The notes under the pieces are model-generated. The model was not told the DNA's origin, ran no database searches, and saw only the letters and a list, made by a program, of their open reading frames with translations. A program made the position numbers and the translations under genes. 64,000 nt of DNA from Candidatus Magasanikiibacteriota bacterium (GTDB lineage Bacteria; Patescibacteriota; Patescibacteriia; Magasanikbacterales; GWA2-37-8): assembly GCA_026396515.1 (NCBI GenBank), contig JAPLWQ010000003.1:291569-355568 (forward strand), read 5' to 3'. Of this stretch, positions 1 to 9,952 are shown in pieces; positions within the stretch are counted from its first letter, which is position 1, and every line of letters starts with the position of its first letter.

Positions 1-32
1 TATTGTGGGTTAAAAAAGCTTTAAAAAAAATT

Positions 33-1151
33 ATGTTCACCCGGGTCGAGATAGACTCGCTGGCAATAAAATTCAATTTACGGCAGTTCAGGAAGTTAAT
101 CGGAAAGAAGACCCTACTGATGCCGGTAGTAAAAGCCAATGCTTACGGGCATGGCTTTTTGGAAGTGGCCAGGATATGCGATAAATCGCCCCAGGTTGAC
201 CGTATATGCGTGATAAATGACGAGGAAGCCCTTTCCCTCATAGAGAATAGGATCCGTAAGCCAGTGCAAATTTTAACGTTTTTTGACACAAAAAGTGCTA
301 AAATTGGGCTAAAATTAGCCAAAAAAGGCGTAATTTTCCCGCTTTTTTCGCTGGAACAAGCCAAATTTCTTAACAAAATAGGGGATAAGGCCGGTAAAAA
401 TTTAAGGGTTCATATAAAGGTGGACACCGGGGCTTCGCGCGTTGGACTGTTGCCAAAAGAAGTAATTCCTTTCTTGGAAAAAGTTAAAAAATTTCCGCGC
501 CTAAAAATCGAAGGGCTATACAGCCATTTTGCCGCCAGCGAAGAGGACAGGATATTCACCGAGCACCAGATGAAAAATTTTGAGAAGCTGGTTCACGAAA
601 TGGAAAGCAAGGGATATAGAATACCGATCAAACATTTTGCTTGCTCTGCGGCAAGCGTATTATTTGCCAAGAGCAGGCTAAATGCCATCCGTCTGGGCTT
701 AAGCCTGTATGGTCTTTACCCGGATGTATCGAGCCCAGGGAAAATTAAACTTCAACCCGCGCTTTCCTGGCACACTAAAATAATTCAAGTACGAACAGTA
801 CCTGCCTGGACTAAAATTGGCTATGGCGGGTCATTTACCACCAAGAAGTCAACAAAGTTGGCTGTTCTACCGATTGGCTATTGGGACGGCTATGATCGCG
901 GATTGGGAAACAACGCCTTTGTAATAATCGGCGGCAAACGCTGTTCAATTCGCGGCCGAATATGTATGAACATCTGTATGGCCGATGTTAGCGCGGTAAA
1001 AAAAGTAAAGGCAGGGGATGTCGCAACGCTAATCGGAAAACAAGGAAAAGCGTCAGTTTCAGCAGACGAGTTGGCAAAATGGGCAAACACAATTAATTAT
1101 GAAATAGTTGATAGAATTAACCCACTGACGCCGAGAATTTTTTCCAGATAA
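33..1151 (+). CDS. alr: alanine racemase
   Basis: PLP-site motif VVKANAYGHG near the N-terminus and alanine racemase-like length/C-terminal domain. ATG at 33 preferred over the frame-opening TTG at 3. Confidence 0.9.
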   Translation: MFTRVEIDSLAIKFNLRQFRKLIGKKTLLMPVVKANAYGHGFLEVARICDKSPQVDRICVINDEEALSLIENRIRKPVQILTFFDTKSAKIGLKLAKKGVIFPLFSLEQAKFLNKIGDKAGKNLRVHIKVDTGASRVGLLPKEVIPFLEKVKKFPRLKIEGLYSHFAASEEDRIFTEHQMKNFEKLVHEMESKGYRIPIKHFACSAASVLFAKSRLNAIRLGLSLYGLYPDVSSPGKIKLQPALSWHTKIIQVRTVPAWTKIGYGGSFTTKKSTKLAVLPIGYWDGYDRGLGNNAFVIIGGKRCSIRGRICMNICMADVSAVKKVKAGDVATLIGKQGKASVSADELAKWANTINYEIVDRINPLTPRIFSR

Positions 1152-1162
1152 CTAACGCAAGC

Positions 1163-2203
1163 ATGGATAAGTACATCAAATCGTATGGTGGCTTCCGACA
1201 GTATGAACCGCCAAAGAAAGGCGGCCTATTTGGCGTATTTAAAAAAAAGAATAAATATTCTCACTCATCAGGCTCAAAGGCGATTGCAGATCATTCAGCG
1301 AGCAATCGGCCATCGTTCATTCGCCCGAAGGCAATAGTAAATTACCGGGGAAAAATAATACTATCTTTATTAGGCAGCTTAATTGTTGCCTGGCTTATAC
1401 TGATGATCTATCTGCCATATTTTAGAATTAACAAGATAAATTTCGAAGGACTAAAAATAATTGACCGTTCGGAAATTGAAAATTATATTAATAGATCATA
1501 TTTGCAAGGCGGTATTATTCCGCATAACAACTATTTTTTGATCAGTACAAAGGATATCACAAGGGATATTCAGTCAAAATACGCTGTTGATAGCGTAACC
1601 GTAAAAAAGTACTTCCCCGGACTAATTAATATTCAAATTGAAGAAAAAATCACGACGATCATTTATGATAATGGATCAAGCTACAGTTTATTGGATAAGG
1701 ACGGAACGGTAATAAAAATTTTAGAGCAATACAGAGAAACAACTTTTGCTACTACTACTGCTTCAACGACGATATCTGAAAATGTTTCTACAAGCTCATA
1801 TATGACAGATGAGATTGCATCATCAACACGCACAGAAACACACAAGCCCGACTTTCAAAAATTATCTGGAAATTATCCCGGGACACCGATACTTCTGGAC
1901 GATCGCAATAAACAAGTATTTGAAAAAAAGGTAATAATATTTGCGCCGAATTTTATCAACTCAATAATTGATTGGCAAAAAGCGCTGAGGAGCGAGGGGA
2001 TAGGGGATATGCGATATTTTCAAACGGATAATCCCTCCGCCGGCGTAAAAGCATATTTAAATAAAAATTGGTACTTATTGATACAACCGACTAACCCGAT
2101 GTCAAACCAAATAGTTAATTTGAAAACTATTATATCTAACCGCGACATAAGTCCAGTGGAATATATAGACCTGCGGTTCGGGGAGAGGGTATTCTGGAAA
2201 TAG
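1163..2203 (+). CDS. FtsQ/DivIB-like cell division protein (N-terminal basic cytoplasmic tail, single TM, POTRA-like region, Thr/Ser-rich linker)
   Basis: TM helix ILSLLGSLIVAWLILMIYL followed by a POTRA-like segment (INFEGLKIIDRSEIENYI...VDSVTVKKYFPGLINIQIEEK). Placement next to cell-wall genes (alr). Confidence 0.5.
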   Translation: MDKYIKSYGGFRQYEPPKKGGLFGVFKKKNKYSHSSGSKAIADHSASNRPSFIRPKAIVNYRGKIILSLLGSLIVAWLILMIYLPYFRINKINFEGLKIIDRSEIENYINRSYLQGGIIPHNNYFLISTKDITRDIQSKYAVDSVTVKKYFPGLINIQIEEKITTIIYDNGSSYSLLDKDGTVIKILEQYRETTFATTTASTTISENVSTSSYMTDEIASSTRTETHKPDFQKLSGNYPGTPILLDDRNKQVFEKKVIIFAPNFINSIIDWQKALRSEGIGDMRYFQTDNPSAGVKAYLNKNWYLLIQPTNPMSNQIVNLKTIISNRDISPVEYIDLRFGERVFWK

Positions 2204-2296
2204 AAGGCATTTGACGAGAGGAAGGAGTTATATTAAGATATACTTAACGTCGTATAACATAGATTAAGAGACGTTATATAGCATTTATTCAGCAAT

Positions 2297-3259
2297 ATGG
2301 ACAAATCTTCTAAGACCATACTTAAGCATATCCCGGACTTCCTGGACTATTGCGAGGTCGAAAAAGGCCTTAGCCCGATCTCTACCCGCAATTACCATAA
2401 CTTTCTCAAGGTGTTCGTCGGATGGGTCGAAAAACAGGATTTAACCTCTCTAAAGCCCCACGAGCTCACTCCTGACCATATTTGGAACTACAGGCTATAC
2501 TTGTCGCGTAAAACCGATTCCCGGGGCAAGTATATCAAGAAGACCACTCAGAACTACTACCTGATCGCTTTGCGCAATCTGGTGACATTTTTTGCCGTCA
2601 AAGATATCATTTCACTGCCGGCGGATAAAATTTCTTTACCTAAATTAACTGATAAGGACAAAAAAATTAAATTTCTAAATTTCGACCAAGTTGAGAAGTT
2701 AATGAGCATGCCTGATACATCAAACCCGGAGGGTTTGCGCGACCGATCAATTTTGGAGGTCCTCTTCTCTACTGGCATGCGCGTCTCAGAGTTAACGTCG
2801 CTTAACATACGTCTATTCAATATTAAAAATATTATTGAAGATAAAATTAATGATCTCGAAATTGCCATCACCGGAAAAGGAGGATCAACCCGCACAGTAT
2901 ATTTTTCTAAGCGCACACTCGAGTGGCTGGGAAAATACCTAAAAACGCGAAAAGACATGTGCCCTCCCCTATTTATTAACTATCGTCCGGATAAAGAAGA
3001 TGCTGAACATCGGCTTACAACTCGCTCTGTTGAACGATTAGTAAAAAAATATACAACAATGGCCGGCCTGCCTGTGGACGCCACACCGCACACTCTTCGC
3101 CATAGTTTTGCCACTGATCTATTAGAGCAAGGCGCTGATATGCGCTCGGTACAGGAAATGCTGGGACATAAAAACATCGTTACCACGCAAATATACACGC
3201 ATGTAACCAATCCGCATTTGCGCGAAATTCACAGAAAATTTCACAGCGGAAAAAAGTAA
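2297..3259 (+). CDS. tyrosine site-specific recombinase, XerC/XerD family
   Basis: C-terminal catalytic motifs HTLRHSFATDLLEQGADMRSVQEMLGHKNIVTTQIYTHV (R..HxxR..Y). N-terminal SAM-like core-binding domain. Confidence 0.85.
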   Translation: MDKSSKTILKHIPDFLDYCEVEKGLSPISTRNYHNFLKVFVGWVEKQDLTSLKPHELTPDHIWNYRLYLSRKTDSRGKYIKKTTQNYYLIALRNLVTFFAVKDIISLPADKISLPKLTDKDKKIKFLNFDQVEKLMSMPDTSNPEGLRDRSILEVLFSTGMRVSELTSLNIRLFNIKNIIEDKINDLEIAITGKGGSTRTVYFSKRTLEWLGKYLKTRKDMCPPLFINYRPDKEDAEHRLTTRSVERLVKKYTTMAGLPVDATPHTLRHSFATDLLEQGADMRSVQEMLGHKNIVTTQIYTHVTNPHLREIHRKFHSGKK

Positions 3260-3265
3260 ACTAAA

Positions 3266-3298
3266 AAAACCGTCAGCCCATAGCTGGCGGTTTTTCTT
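3266..3298. terminator. bidirectional intrinsic terminator between xer (+) and the M23 peptidase (-)
   Basis: Hairpin ccgtcagcc...gctggcgg flanked by A-run and T-run (aaaaaaaccgtcagcccatagctggcggtttttcttta). Confidence 0.5.
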
Positions 3299-3309
3299 TA
3301 TGATATTAC

Positions 3310-4563
3310 TCACTGTAAATATCCCATCGGATTAACCGGGATGCCGTTAGCGCGCACTTCAAAGTGCAAATGCGGACCAGTGACGAAAGGACCTGCTCCA
3401 ACTGTGCCCGGTGTGCCGCCTGTATATCCTATTATGTCGCCCTTGCTGACAAATTCATCTTCAGACACGCTTATTGAGCTCATATGGCCATATACGGTCG
3501 ACAAGTTGCCTGTATGTACGAGCAACACATAGCTATAACAACTTGCCGATGAGCATCTCTTAGCCCGGGCTACATAGCCCGCAGCCGCGGCTTTAATCGG
3601 TGAACCATGCGCCGCGCGAAGGTCAATACCGCTATGCTCAAAAACTCTGCGATACGGATAATCCGGATCATGGAAAGCCGACGTAATATACCGGCTGGAA
3701 ACCGGCCATCCGAGCACTCCGGCACTATCGCCCAAATCTTTAAACCTCTGCATTTCCTCCAACTTCTTTCGCACCTGATCCTCATAAGTTCGCACTTCAC
3801 CCTCTATCGCCTGGTATTGCTTTCTCAAACTCTCAAGTAATATACGATATTTTTGTTCTGACGAATGAGTTGCTGTAAGCAAATTTTCCTTAGTATTTGT
3901 CTGATCGATTAGATCTTTCTGTTTATTTTCCAGTTCTGCCTTAAGATCCTCGTATGTTTTTTTCTTTGCCTCAACCTGCGCCTTTTTGGCATCCAAATCT
4001 TCCTTTGCAATGCGTAAATTTTTCACCGATTGGCCAAGATCGGTATAAACACTTTCCAGATATTTAGCCTGATTATAAAAATCAGCAAAAGTATCGCTGG
4101 TCAATAAAATTTCAAGATAATTTTTCTGATCCTCTGCGTGGATATTGCGGACAATTTTAGCAATAATCTTCTTTTGCCTGGCAATGGACGCCTCCTTATC
4201 TTGAATATTAAGCTCTAACGCTTCAATTTCCAGCTTTGCCTGATTAATGCGTTCATTTGTAAGCTTTATATCCGCCTCGGTTTGAGCACGCCTATTATCC
4301 AAAATACTTAACTGATTTTTTAATGAGACCGCCTCAAGCTGTTTTTGCTCTATATTTTTCTTATAATTACCAATCGTTTCTTCAAGTTGTTTTATTTTAT
4401 CCTTTTTTTCAGCAATCTGCGCATTAAGATCGTCAATTTCTTCTTTATTTCCGCCTACTGCGGTATTATCTGAATATACAAAACTTGGGCTAAAAAAAAG
4501 TAAGCCCAATACAATAAAAAATAAAACAATTAATCTGTACTTCATGAAGATATTATAGCACAA
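3310..4563 (-). CDS. M23 family metallopeptidase with long N-terminal coiled coil (EnvC-like murein hydrolase/activator)
   Basis: N-terminal signal/TM, ~250 aa of heptad-rich coiled coil (KEEIDDLNAQIAEKKDKIKQLEE...), C-terminal LytM/M23 domain (HSGIDLRAAHGSPIKAAAAGYV...GPHLHFEV). The start may be the internal ATG 18 nt downstream (MKYRLIV...). Confidence 0.8.
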   Translation of the reverse strand: MCYNIFMKYRLIVLFFIVLGLLFFSPSFVYSDNTAVGGNKEEIDDLNAQIAEKKDKIKQLEETIGNYKKNIEQKQLEAVSLKNQLSILDNRRAQTEADIKLTNERINQAKLEIEALELNIQDKEASIARQKKIIAKIVRNIHAEDQKNYLEILLTSDTFADFYNQAKYLESVYTDLGQSVKNLRIAKEDLDAKKAQVEAKKKTYEDLKAELENKQKDLIDQTNTKENLLTATHSSEQKYRILLESLRKQYQAIEGEVRTYEDQVRKKLEEMQRFKDLGDSAGVLGWPVSSRYITSAFHDPDYPYRRVFEHSGIDLRAAHGSPIKAAAAGYVARAKRCSSASCYSYVLLVHTGNLSTVYGHMSSISVSEDEFVSKGDIIGYTGGTPGTVGAGPFVTGPHLHFEVRANGIPVNPMGYLQ

Positions 4564-4576
4564 ATATACTGATGGC

Positions 4577-6070
4577 CTAAATATTTGATATTGCTAAATC
4601 AATTCTGTTTAAAGATTCCTCCTTGCCCAAGACCTCGGCAATCTCAAATGGCCCGGGAGAATTTTCCTGGCCGGACAGCGCGACGCGCATTGGCCACAAG
4701 ACCGAACCGACCGAATAGCCCTTTTCCTTCACCCAGTCCCCCACCGTTCGTTCCAAAATTGTTCTGTCCCATGACTGAACACTTATTGTACTCAGCAAAT
4801 CTTTCAAGCCGGGTAAAATATTTTGCAATTCATCTACAGAACTTTTTTTCCAAATAAGTAAATCTGACTTGTATTTCGGCAGAACGAAAACAAACTTTAA
4901 CGCCTCCGGCAATTCAGAAAATGTAGTCACGCGTTCACGCTCCAAAGCAATAACGCGAGCAAGGTCCTTATCTTCATACTGCCCCTCCCCTATCGCACTA
5001 AAAATTTCAGGATCGGCCAGTAAAAATTCTTTAGCGCGCTGTACCAATTCCGCCAAATCCATTTTCTTTAAGTATTCCCTGTTGAACCAATCTAACTTTT
5101 GCAAATTGAAAATCGCGCCGGATTTTCCGACTTTATCAAAATTGAACTCGTTGATTATTTCATCCAATGAATAAATTTCACGCTCGCCTCCGGGATTCCA
5201 GCCGAGAAATGCGATGAAATTTATTATTGCCTCTTTCAGATATCCTTTTTTCACATAGTCCTCAACCGCTACGTCGCCTTGGCGCTTGCTCAACTTTGAT
5301 TTATCAGCATTAAGTAGCAAGGGCAGATGCGCCATCTTGGGAGATTCCCAGCCAAAATATTTATAAAGCTGTAGATGTTTGGGGACGCTCGACAGCCATT
5401 CCTCTCCGCGGATGATGTGCGTAATTTTCATGAGATGGTCGTCAACCACAACCGCTAAATGATAGGTGGGAAAACCGTCGGACTTCATAATCACCTGGTC
5501 GTCAATTAGCTCATTTTTGAACCTTACTTCACCTCTAATTTCGTCGTTAAATACAGTCTCCCCTTCCTTTGGCATCTTCATGCGAATAACGTGTTTTTCG
5601 CCGTCAGAAGCCCGTTTTTGGGCCTCTATTGGGTTAATTTCCCGACAATGTCCGTCATAACCGGTCGGGAGCTTGTTTAATTGCTGAAACTGGCGTAATT
5701 CATCTAATCGCTCGGGTGCACAAAAGCAATGATAGGCGTGGCCCTGCTCAATTAGCCGGTCGGCATGCTCACGATATATATCGGATCTTTCCGATTGAAT
5801 ATACGATCCACCGCAGTCACCCTTTTGAATAATATTTTCTTCATTATCAAACATTACGCCCTCGTCAGGAATAAGCCCGGCCCAATACAATGATTTAAGA
5901 ATATTTTGTGTACCATCCGCCACAAACCTTTCACGGTCCGTGTCTTCAATACGCAAAACAAATTTGCCCTCGTTCTTTTTGGCAAAACAATACGCATAAA
6001 GCGCGGTGCGCAAACCGCCGACATGTAAGTAGCCGGTTGGTGATGGAGCAAATCTAGTTCTTATGGTCAT
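4577..6070 (-). CDS. gltX: glutamyl-tRNA synthetase
   Basis: Class I HIGH motif (RFAPSPTGYLHVGG) and KMSKS-type motif (KLSKR). Full length 497 aa. Confidence 0.95.
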   Translation of the reverse strand: MTIRTRFAPSPTGYLHVGGLRTALYAYCFAKKNEGKFVLRIEDTDRERFVADGTQNILKSLYWAGLIPDEGVMFDNEENIIQKGDCGGSYIQSERSDIYREHADRLIEQGHAYHCFCAPERLDELRQFQQLNKLPTGYDGHCREINPIEAQKRASDGEKHVIRMKMPKEGETVFNDEIRGEVRFKNELIDDQVIMKSDGFPTYHLAVVVDDHLMKITHIIRGEEWLSSVPKHLQLYKYFGWESPKMAHLPLLLNADKSKLSKRQGDVAVEDYVKKGYLKEAIINFIAFLGWNPGGEREIYSLDEIINEFNFDKVGKSGAIFNLQKLDWFNREYLKKMDLAELVQRAKEFLLADPEIFSAIGEGQYEDKDLARVIALERERVTTFSELPEALKFVFVLPKYKSDLLIWKKSSVDELQNILPGLKDLLSTISVQSWDRTILERTVGDWVKEKGYSVGSVLWPMRVALSGQENSPGPFEIAEVLGKEESLNRIDLAISNI

Positions 6071-6809
6071 AAAATTTTTCTTTCAAAGCAAAAAAAGTAA
6101 ATTTTGTGGTGGCGTTAAAAATCCTACCGATTCTTTTCGGTTGCGAGATCAATCGGTACAACCATTCTATCCCGATTTTGCGCATCCAGCAAGGCGCGCG
6201 GTTGACTATGCCCGAGATATAATCGAACGCTCCGCCCACGCCCATGGCAATTTTTACACCAGGCATTTTTGTCAGATTTTCATGAATCCATTTTTCCTGT
6301 TTGCCCATCCCAAAGGCGACAAACAATATATCCGGATGTGATTGATTGATCCGACCAATGACCGTTTGGTTATTAATTTGGTCAATCCGTAATTCAAAAT
6401 TTTGAATATTGGACTCATCCATCATCAGTCCTTTATCAAAACCTACAATTTTCAGCATCGGAAATTGCTTCAGCAATTCTTCTGCTGTTTTTTCCGCCAC
6501 TTCATTACTTCCCGAACCGAGAAAATAGACGCTACTCCCCTGCTCTGACGCCAGCCGGCAAAGCTCTATCATAAAATCAACTCCGGGAATGCGCGTTGCG
6601 TCGGAAAATATTTTCAAACCGAAACCGTCGCACAAATTTAAATCACCGGTATTAAGAACGTCGCGAAAATAATTATCTTTTTGCGCCTTTACCAGTATCT
6701 CGGGATTGGGCGTAAAAATTTTATGCTGACCGGAAATTAAAAAAGTTCGCGCTTTATTCAAAGCTTCGGGTAAACCGACATTATCGATTCTAACGCCGAA
6801 AAAATTCAT
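6054..6809 (-). CDS. WecB/TagA/CpsF family glycosyltransferase (N-acetylmannosaminyltransferase-like)
   Basis: Family-typical N-terminus (FGVRIDNVGLPEALNKARTF...IFTPNPEILVKAQKD...LNLCDGFGL) and size ~250 aa. Overlaps the gltX start by 17 nt and the acyP stop by 4 nt, so the three are co-transcribed. Confidence 0.8.
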   Translation of the reverse strand: MNFFGVRIDNVGLPEALNKARTFLISGQHKIFTPNPEILVKAQKDNYFRDVLNTGDLNLCDGFGLKIFSDATRIPGVDFMIELCRLASEQGSSVYFLGSGSNEVAEKTAEELLKQFPMLKIVGFDKGLMMDESNIQNFELRIDQINNQTVIGRINQSHPDILFVAFGMGKQEKWIHENLTKMPGVKIAMGVGGAFDYISGIVNRAPCWMRKIGIEWLYRLISQPKRIGRIFNATTKFTFFALKEKFYDHKN

Positions 6810-7081
6810 AATAATTTAAAGTCAGAAAACTCTCCTAAATAGGCATTTTCTGATATTTCAACCGCCTCCACTCTTGCTCCCTGCGGACCGTGGCGGAGCC
6901 ACAAGGCCAACTTATCCAGACTTTCCTCATCGCCTTCGGCAATAATCCGGACCTCTTTTCCACACGGTAAATTTGCGGCAAATCCGGTCAATCCTAAATT
7001 TTTCGCTTCCTCATGACAATAATACCGAAAGCCAACTCCCTGTACTGAACCTTTAATAATGGCTTCAATCCTCTTTTTCAT
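6806..7081 (-). CDS. acyP: acylphosphatase
   Basis: VQGVGFRYY and GFAANLPCGKEV motifs of the acylphosphatase fold. 91 aa. Confidence 0.85.
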   Translation of the reverse strand: MKKRIEAIIKGSVQGVGFRYYCHEEAKNLGLTGFAANLPCGKEVRIIAEGDEESLDKLALWLRHGPQGARVEAVEISENAYLGEFSDFKLL

Positions 7082-7133
7082 AATATTGAATTATGCTCAT
7101 ATTTTACCCTAATTTTTGCTTAATTTCAAGGGG

Positions 7134-7161
7134 TTGACATAGGACGCGGATATGGTATATT
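7134..7161 (+). promoter_or_regulatory. sigma70-type promoter of clpB (TTGACA, 16-nt spacer, TATATT)
   Basis: Consensus -35 TTGACA at 7134-7139 and -10 TATATT at 7156-7161, about 40 nt upstream of the clpB ATG. Confidence 0.5.
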
Positions 7162-7162
7162 A

Positions 7163-7189
7163 TTATCACTCTCACTATTAGAGTGATAA
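7163..7189 (+). promoter_or_regulatory. CIRCE-like perfect inverted repeat TTATCACTC-N9-GAGTGATAA (putative HrcA operator) overlapping the clpB transcription start
   Basis: 9-bp arms with a 9-nt spacer read directly. One substitution per arm relative to the canonical CIRCE TTAGCACTC-N9-GAGTGCTAA. Sits immediately downstream of the -10 box. Confidence 0.55.
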
Positions 7190-7199
7190 ATCATAATCT

Positions 7200-9839
7200 A
7201 TGTTAAATCCCCAAAACTTTACCCAAAAATCACAGGAGGCCATACAAATTGCCTCGCAAATCGCACAGGAAAACAATCAGCCGCAAGTGGAGCCGCCACA
7301 TCTGTTTTTGGCTTTGCTTCAAGATGAGGAGAGCGTGGTTGTTTCCGTATTGCGAAAAATGAAATGTGACTTACCGGCAGTCCTGGCTGAAGCTCAAGCC
7401 ATAGTCGGCAATTTGCCGAAACAGTTCGGCGGTTCTCCTATTGTGGGAAACGGCCAAATTATGCTGAGCCAACCTGCAATGAACGTGATGCAGAACGCTT
7501 TCGCTGAATCAAAAAAAATGGGTGATGAATACATCAGCGTTGAACATTTGTTTCTGGCTTTTTTGTCTAACAAGAATCCAATCAGCGACATTCTGTCAAA
7601 GAATCACAAAATTTCATATGACGAGGTTTTGAAATCGCTGGCCTCAATACGCGGTACGCAAAAAGTGGATTCCCCTAACCCGGAAATAAAATATAATGCT
7701 TTGGAGAAATATGGAAAAAATTTAACCGAACTGGCGCGAAAAGAAAAAATTGATCCGGTTATCGGACGCGATGATGAAATCCGCAGGGTGATGCAAATTC
7801 TGTCCCGCCGTACCAAAAACAATCCGGTGCTTATCGGCGAACCCGGCACCGGTAAAACCGCTATCGTGGAAGGCCTGGCTCAGCGCATTGTTAATGGCGA
7901 TGTGCCGGAATCATTAAAAAATAAGGAAGTAATCGGTTTAGACATCGGCTCTCTGCTTGCGGGTGCAAAATTCCGCGGCGAATTCGAGGAACGTCTCAAA
8001 GCTGTCCTCAAAGAAGTGGATGCCGCTGCCGGAAAAATCATTTTATTTATCGACGAACTCCACACCATAGTCGGCGCCGGAGCATCAGAGGGCGCGATTG
8101 ATGCCGCTAATATGTTAAAACCAATGCTCGCCCGCGGCGAACTGCATTCAATCGGCGCGACCACTCTAAAGGAATATCATAAATATATTGAAAAAGACGC
8201 CGCCTTAGAGCGCCGTTTTCAACCGGTGATGGTCAATGAACCTTCTGAAGATGACGCCATCGCCATCTTGAGAGGCATTAAAGAGAAATATGAAGTTCAT
8301 CACGGGGTCCGTATCACCGATGCGGCCATTCTCGCGGCAGTGAAGTTGTCCATCCGCTATATTTCCGACCGGTTTTTACCGGATAAAGCCATTGATCTGG
8401 TGGACGAGGCGGCTTCAGCACTGCGCCTGCAAATTGAATCAATGCCTGAGGATTTGGACAAATTGAAACGATCGGCAATTAAATTTGAGATTGAAAAAAG
8501 AGCGCTGATGAATGAAAACAGCCCTGATGTAAAGGATCAGCTTAAAAAATTGGAAAAAGAGCTGGCTGAAATTCGGGAGAAAAGCAATCAATTGGAGGCG
8601 AAATGGAAAAACGAGAAAGACATCATTGCCCGCATACACGATCGAAAAAAGGAAATTGACAAATTGAAACAAAAAGCGGAAATTGAAGAGCGTAAAGGCG
8701 ACCTGCAGAAGGTTGCTGAGATTCGCTATGGCTCTATCCCCTCTTTGGAAAAGGAAATTATTATTGATGAAAAACTGCTTCAGGAATATCAAAAAAACCG
8801 CGGCATTTTAAAAGAAGAGATCACCGAAGCGGACATTGCCGCCGTAGTGGCGCGTTGGACTTCAATTCCGGTGACGAAAATGCTGGAAACGGAATCCGAT
8901 AAATTCAGCCAGATGGAGGGCGTTCTCGCCAAGCGCGTTGTCGGACAAGAAGAAGCGATTAAGGCCATTGCCAACGCCATCCGCCGTTCACGCGCCGGCA
9001 TTGCCGAACCAAATAAGCCGATCGGCTCGTTTATTTTTCTCGGTCCGACCGGAGTAGGCAAAACCGAACTGGCTAAAACATTGGCCGAATTTATGTTTGA
9101 TACTGAAGACGCTCTAGTGCGAGTGGATATGAGCGAGTATATGGAAAAACACAGCGTCAGCAAAATTATTGGCTCCCCGCCGGGCTATGTCGGCTTCGAA
9201 GAAGGCGGCCAGCTAACCGAGACTATCCGCCGCCGGCCATATGCGGTAATATTATTCGACGAAATTGAAAAAGCGCATCCGGACGTCTTTAATATTTTAC
9301 TTCAAATTCTGGACGACGGCAGAATCACCGATGCCAAAGGCCGGACGGTCAACTTCAAAAACACAGTGATTATTATGACTTCCAACATCGGCAGCCAAAC
9401 TATTTTAGACATGAAAAAAACCGGTGGCTTCGGCTTTGAAGACGGTCGCGGCAACAAAAAAAATACAGATGAGAAAATCCGCGAAAAAATAATGGATACT
9501 TTGCACGAATACTTTAAACCGGAATTCTTGAACCGCGTGGATGAAATTGTCGTCTTCCATACTTTAACGGAAAAGCAAATTGAAACAATCGTTGAATTGC
9601 AACTGGCCAAGGTTATTAAGCGTTTGGCGGAAAAGAAAATTGCACTGAATATTGACCCTGGTGTAAAAAAATATTTGGCCGGAATCGGATATGATCCAAA
9701 TTACGGTGCCCGTCCGCTTAAGCGCGCAATTCAAAACGAACTTTTGGATCAACTTTCACTGAAAATTATTGAGGGTGACGTGGCCGAGGGGCAAAAGGTG
9801 AAGGTAAGAATGGAAAAGGGTAAAATAAGCATAAAATAG
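7200..9839 (+). CDS. clpB: ATP-dependent chaperone ClpB
   Basis: N-terminal Clp-N repeats, two AAA+ modules (GEPGTGKT and GPTGVGKT Walker A motifs), and the long middle coiled-coil domain that distinguishes ClpB from ClpA/C. 879 aa. Confidence 0.95.
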   Translation: MLNPQNFTQKSQEAIQIASQIAQENNQPQVEPPHLFLALLQDEESVVVSVLRKMKCDLPAVLAEAQAIVGNLPKQFGGSPIVGNGQIMLSQPAMNVMQNAFAESKKMGDEYISVEHLFLAFLSNKNPISDILSKNHKISYDEVLKSLASIRGTQKVDSPNPEIKYNALEKYGKNLTELARKEKIDPVIGRDDEIRRVMQILSRRTKNNPVLIGEPGTGKTAIVEGLAQRIVNGDVPESLKNKEVIGLDIGSLLAGAKFRGEFEERLKAVLKEVDAAAGKIILFIDELHTIVGAGASEGAIDAANMLKPMLARGELHSIGATTLKEYHKYIEKDAALERRFQPVMVNEPSEDDAIAILRGIKEKYEVHHGVRITDAAILAAVKLSIRYISDRFLPDKAIDLVDEAASALRLQIESMPEDLDKLKRSAIKFEIEKRALMNENSPDVKDQLKKLEKELAEIREKSNQLEAKWKNEKDIIARIHDRKKEIDKLKQKAEIEERKGDLQKVAEIRYGSIPSLEKEIIIDEKLLQEYQKNRGILKEEITEADIAAVVARWTSIPVTKMLETESDKFSQMEGVLAKRVVGQEEAIKAIANAIRRSRAGIAEPNKPIGSFIFLGPTGVGKTELAKTLAEFMFDTEDALVRVDMSEYMEKHSVSKIIGSPPGYVGFEEGGQLTETIRRRPYAVILFDEIEKAHPDVFNILLQILDDGRITDAKGRTVNFKNTVIIMTSNIGSQTILDMKKTGGFGFEDGRGNKKNTDEKIREKIMDTLHEYFKPEFLNRVDEIVVFHTLTEKQIETIVELQLAKVIKRLAEKKIALNIDPGVKKYLAGIGYDPNYGARPLKRAIQNELLDQLSLKIIEGDVAEGQKVKVRMEKGKISIK

Positions 9840-9846
9840 CCTAAAA

Positions 9847-9876
9847 CAATCCGCTAAATGCGGATTGTTTTTTATT
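9847..9876 (+). terminator. intrinsic terminator after clpB
   Basis: caatccgc-taaat-gcggattg hairpin followed by tttttt. Confidence 0.6.
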
Positions 9877-9952
9877 ATCAAAAATGATATAATGGAGTTG
9901 AGAGAAATATTCGCTTAAATTATTACGAATATTGATTTTTTGTGTAAATATT

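Noticed and set aside
2297-3259. Xer-type recombinase, together with the excisionase-family HTH at 60492-60737, as evidence of an integrated prophage or ICE
   Set aside because: The recombinase has XerC/D-type motifs and sits among housekeeping genes with no phage, conjugation or att-like duplications nearby. The HTH gene is ~57 kb away and embedded in a glycan operon. There is no mobile-element boundary signal (tRNA, direct repeats, composition shift).
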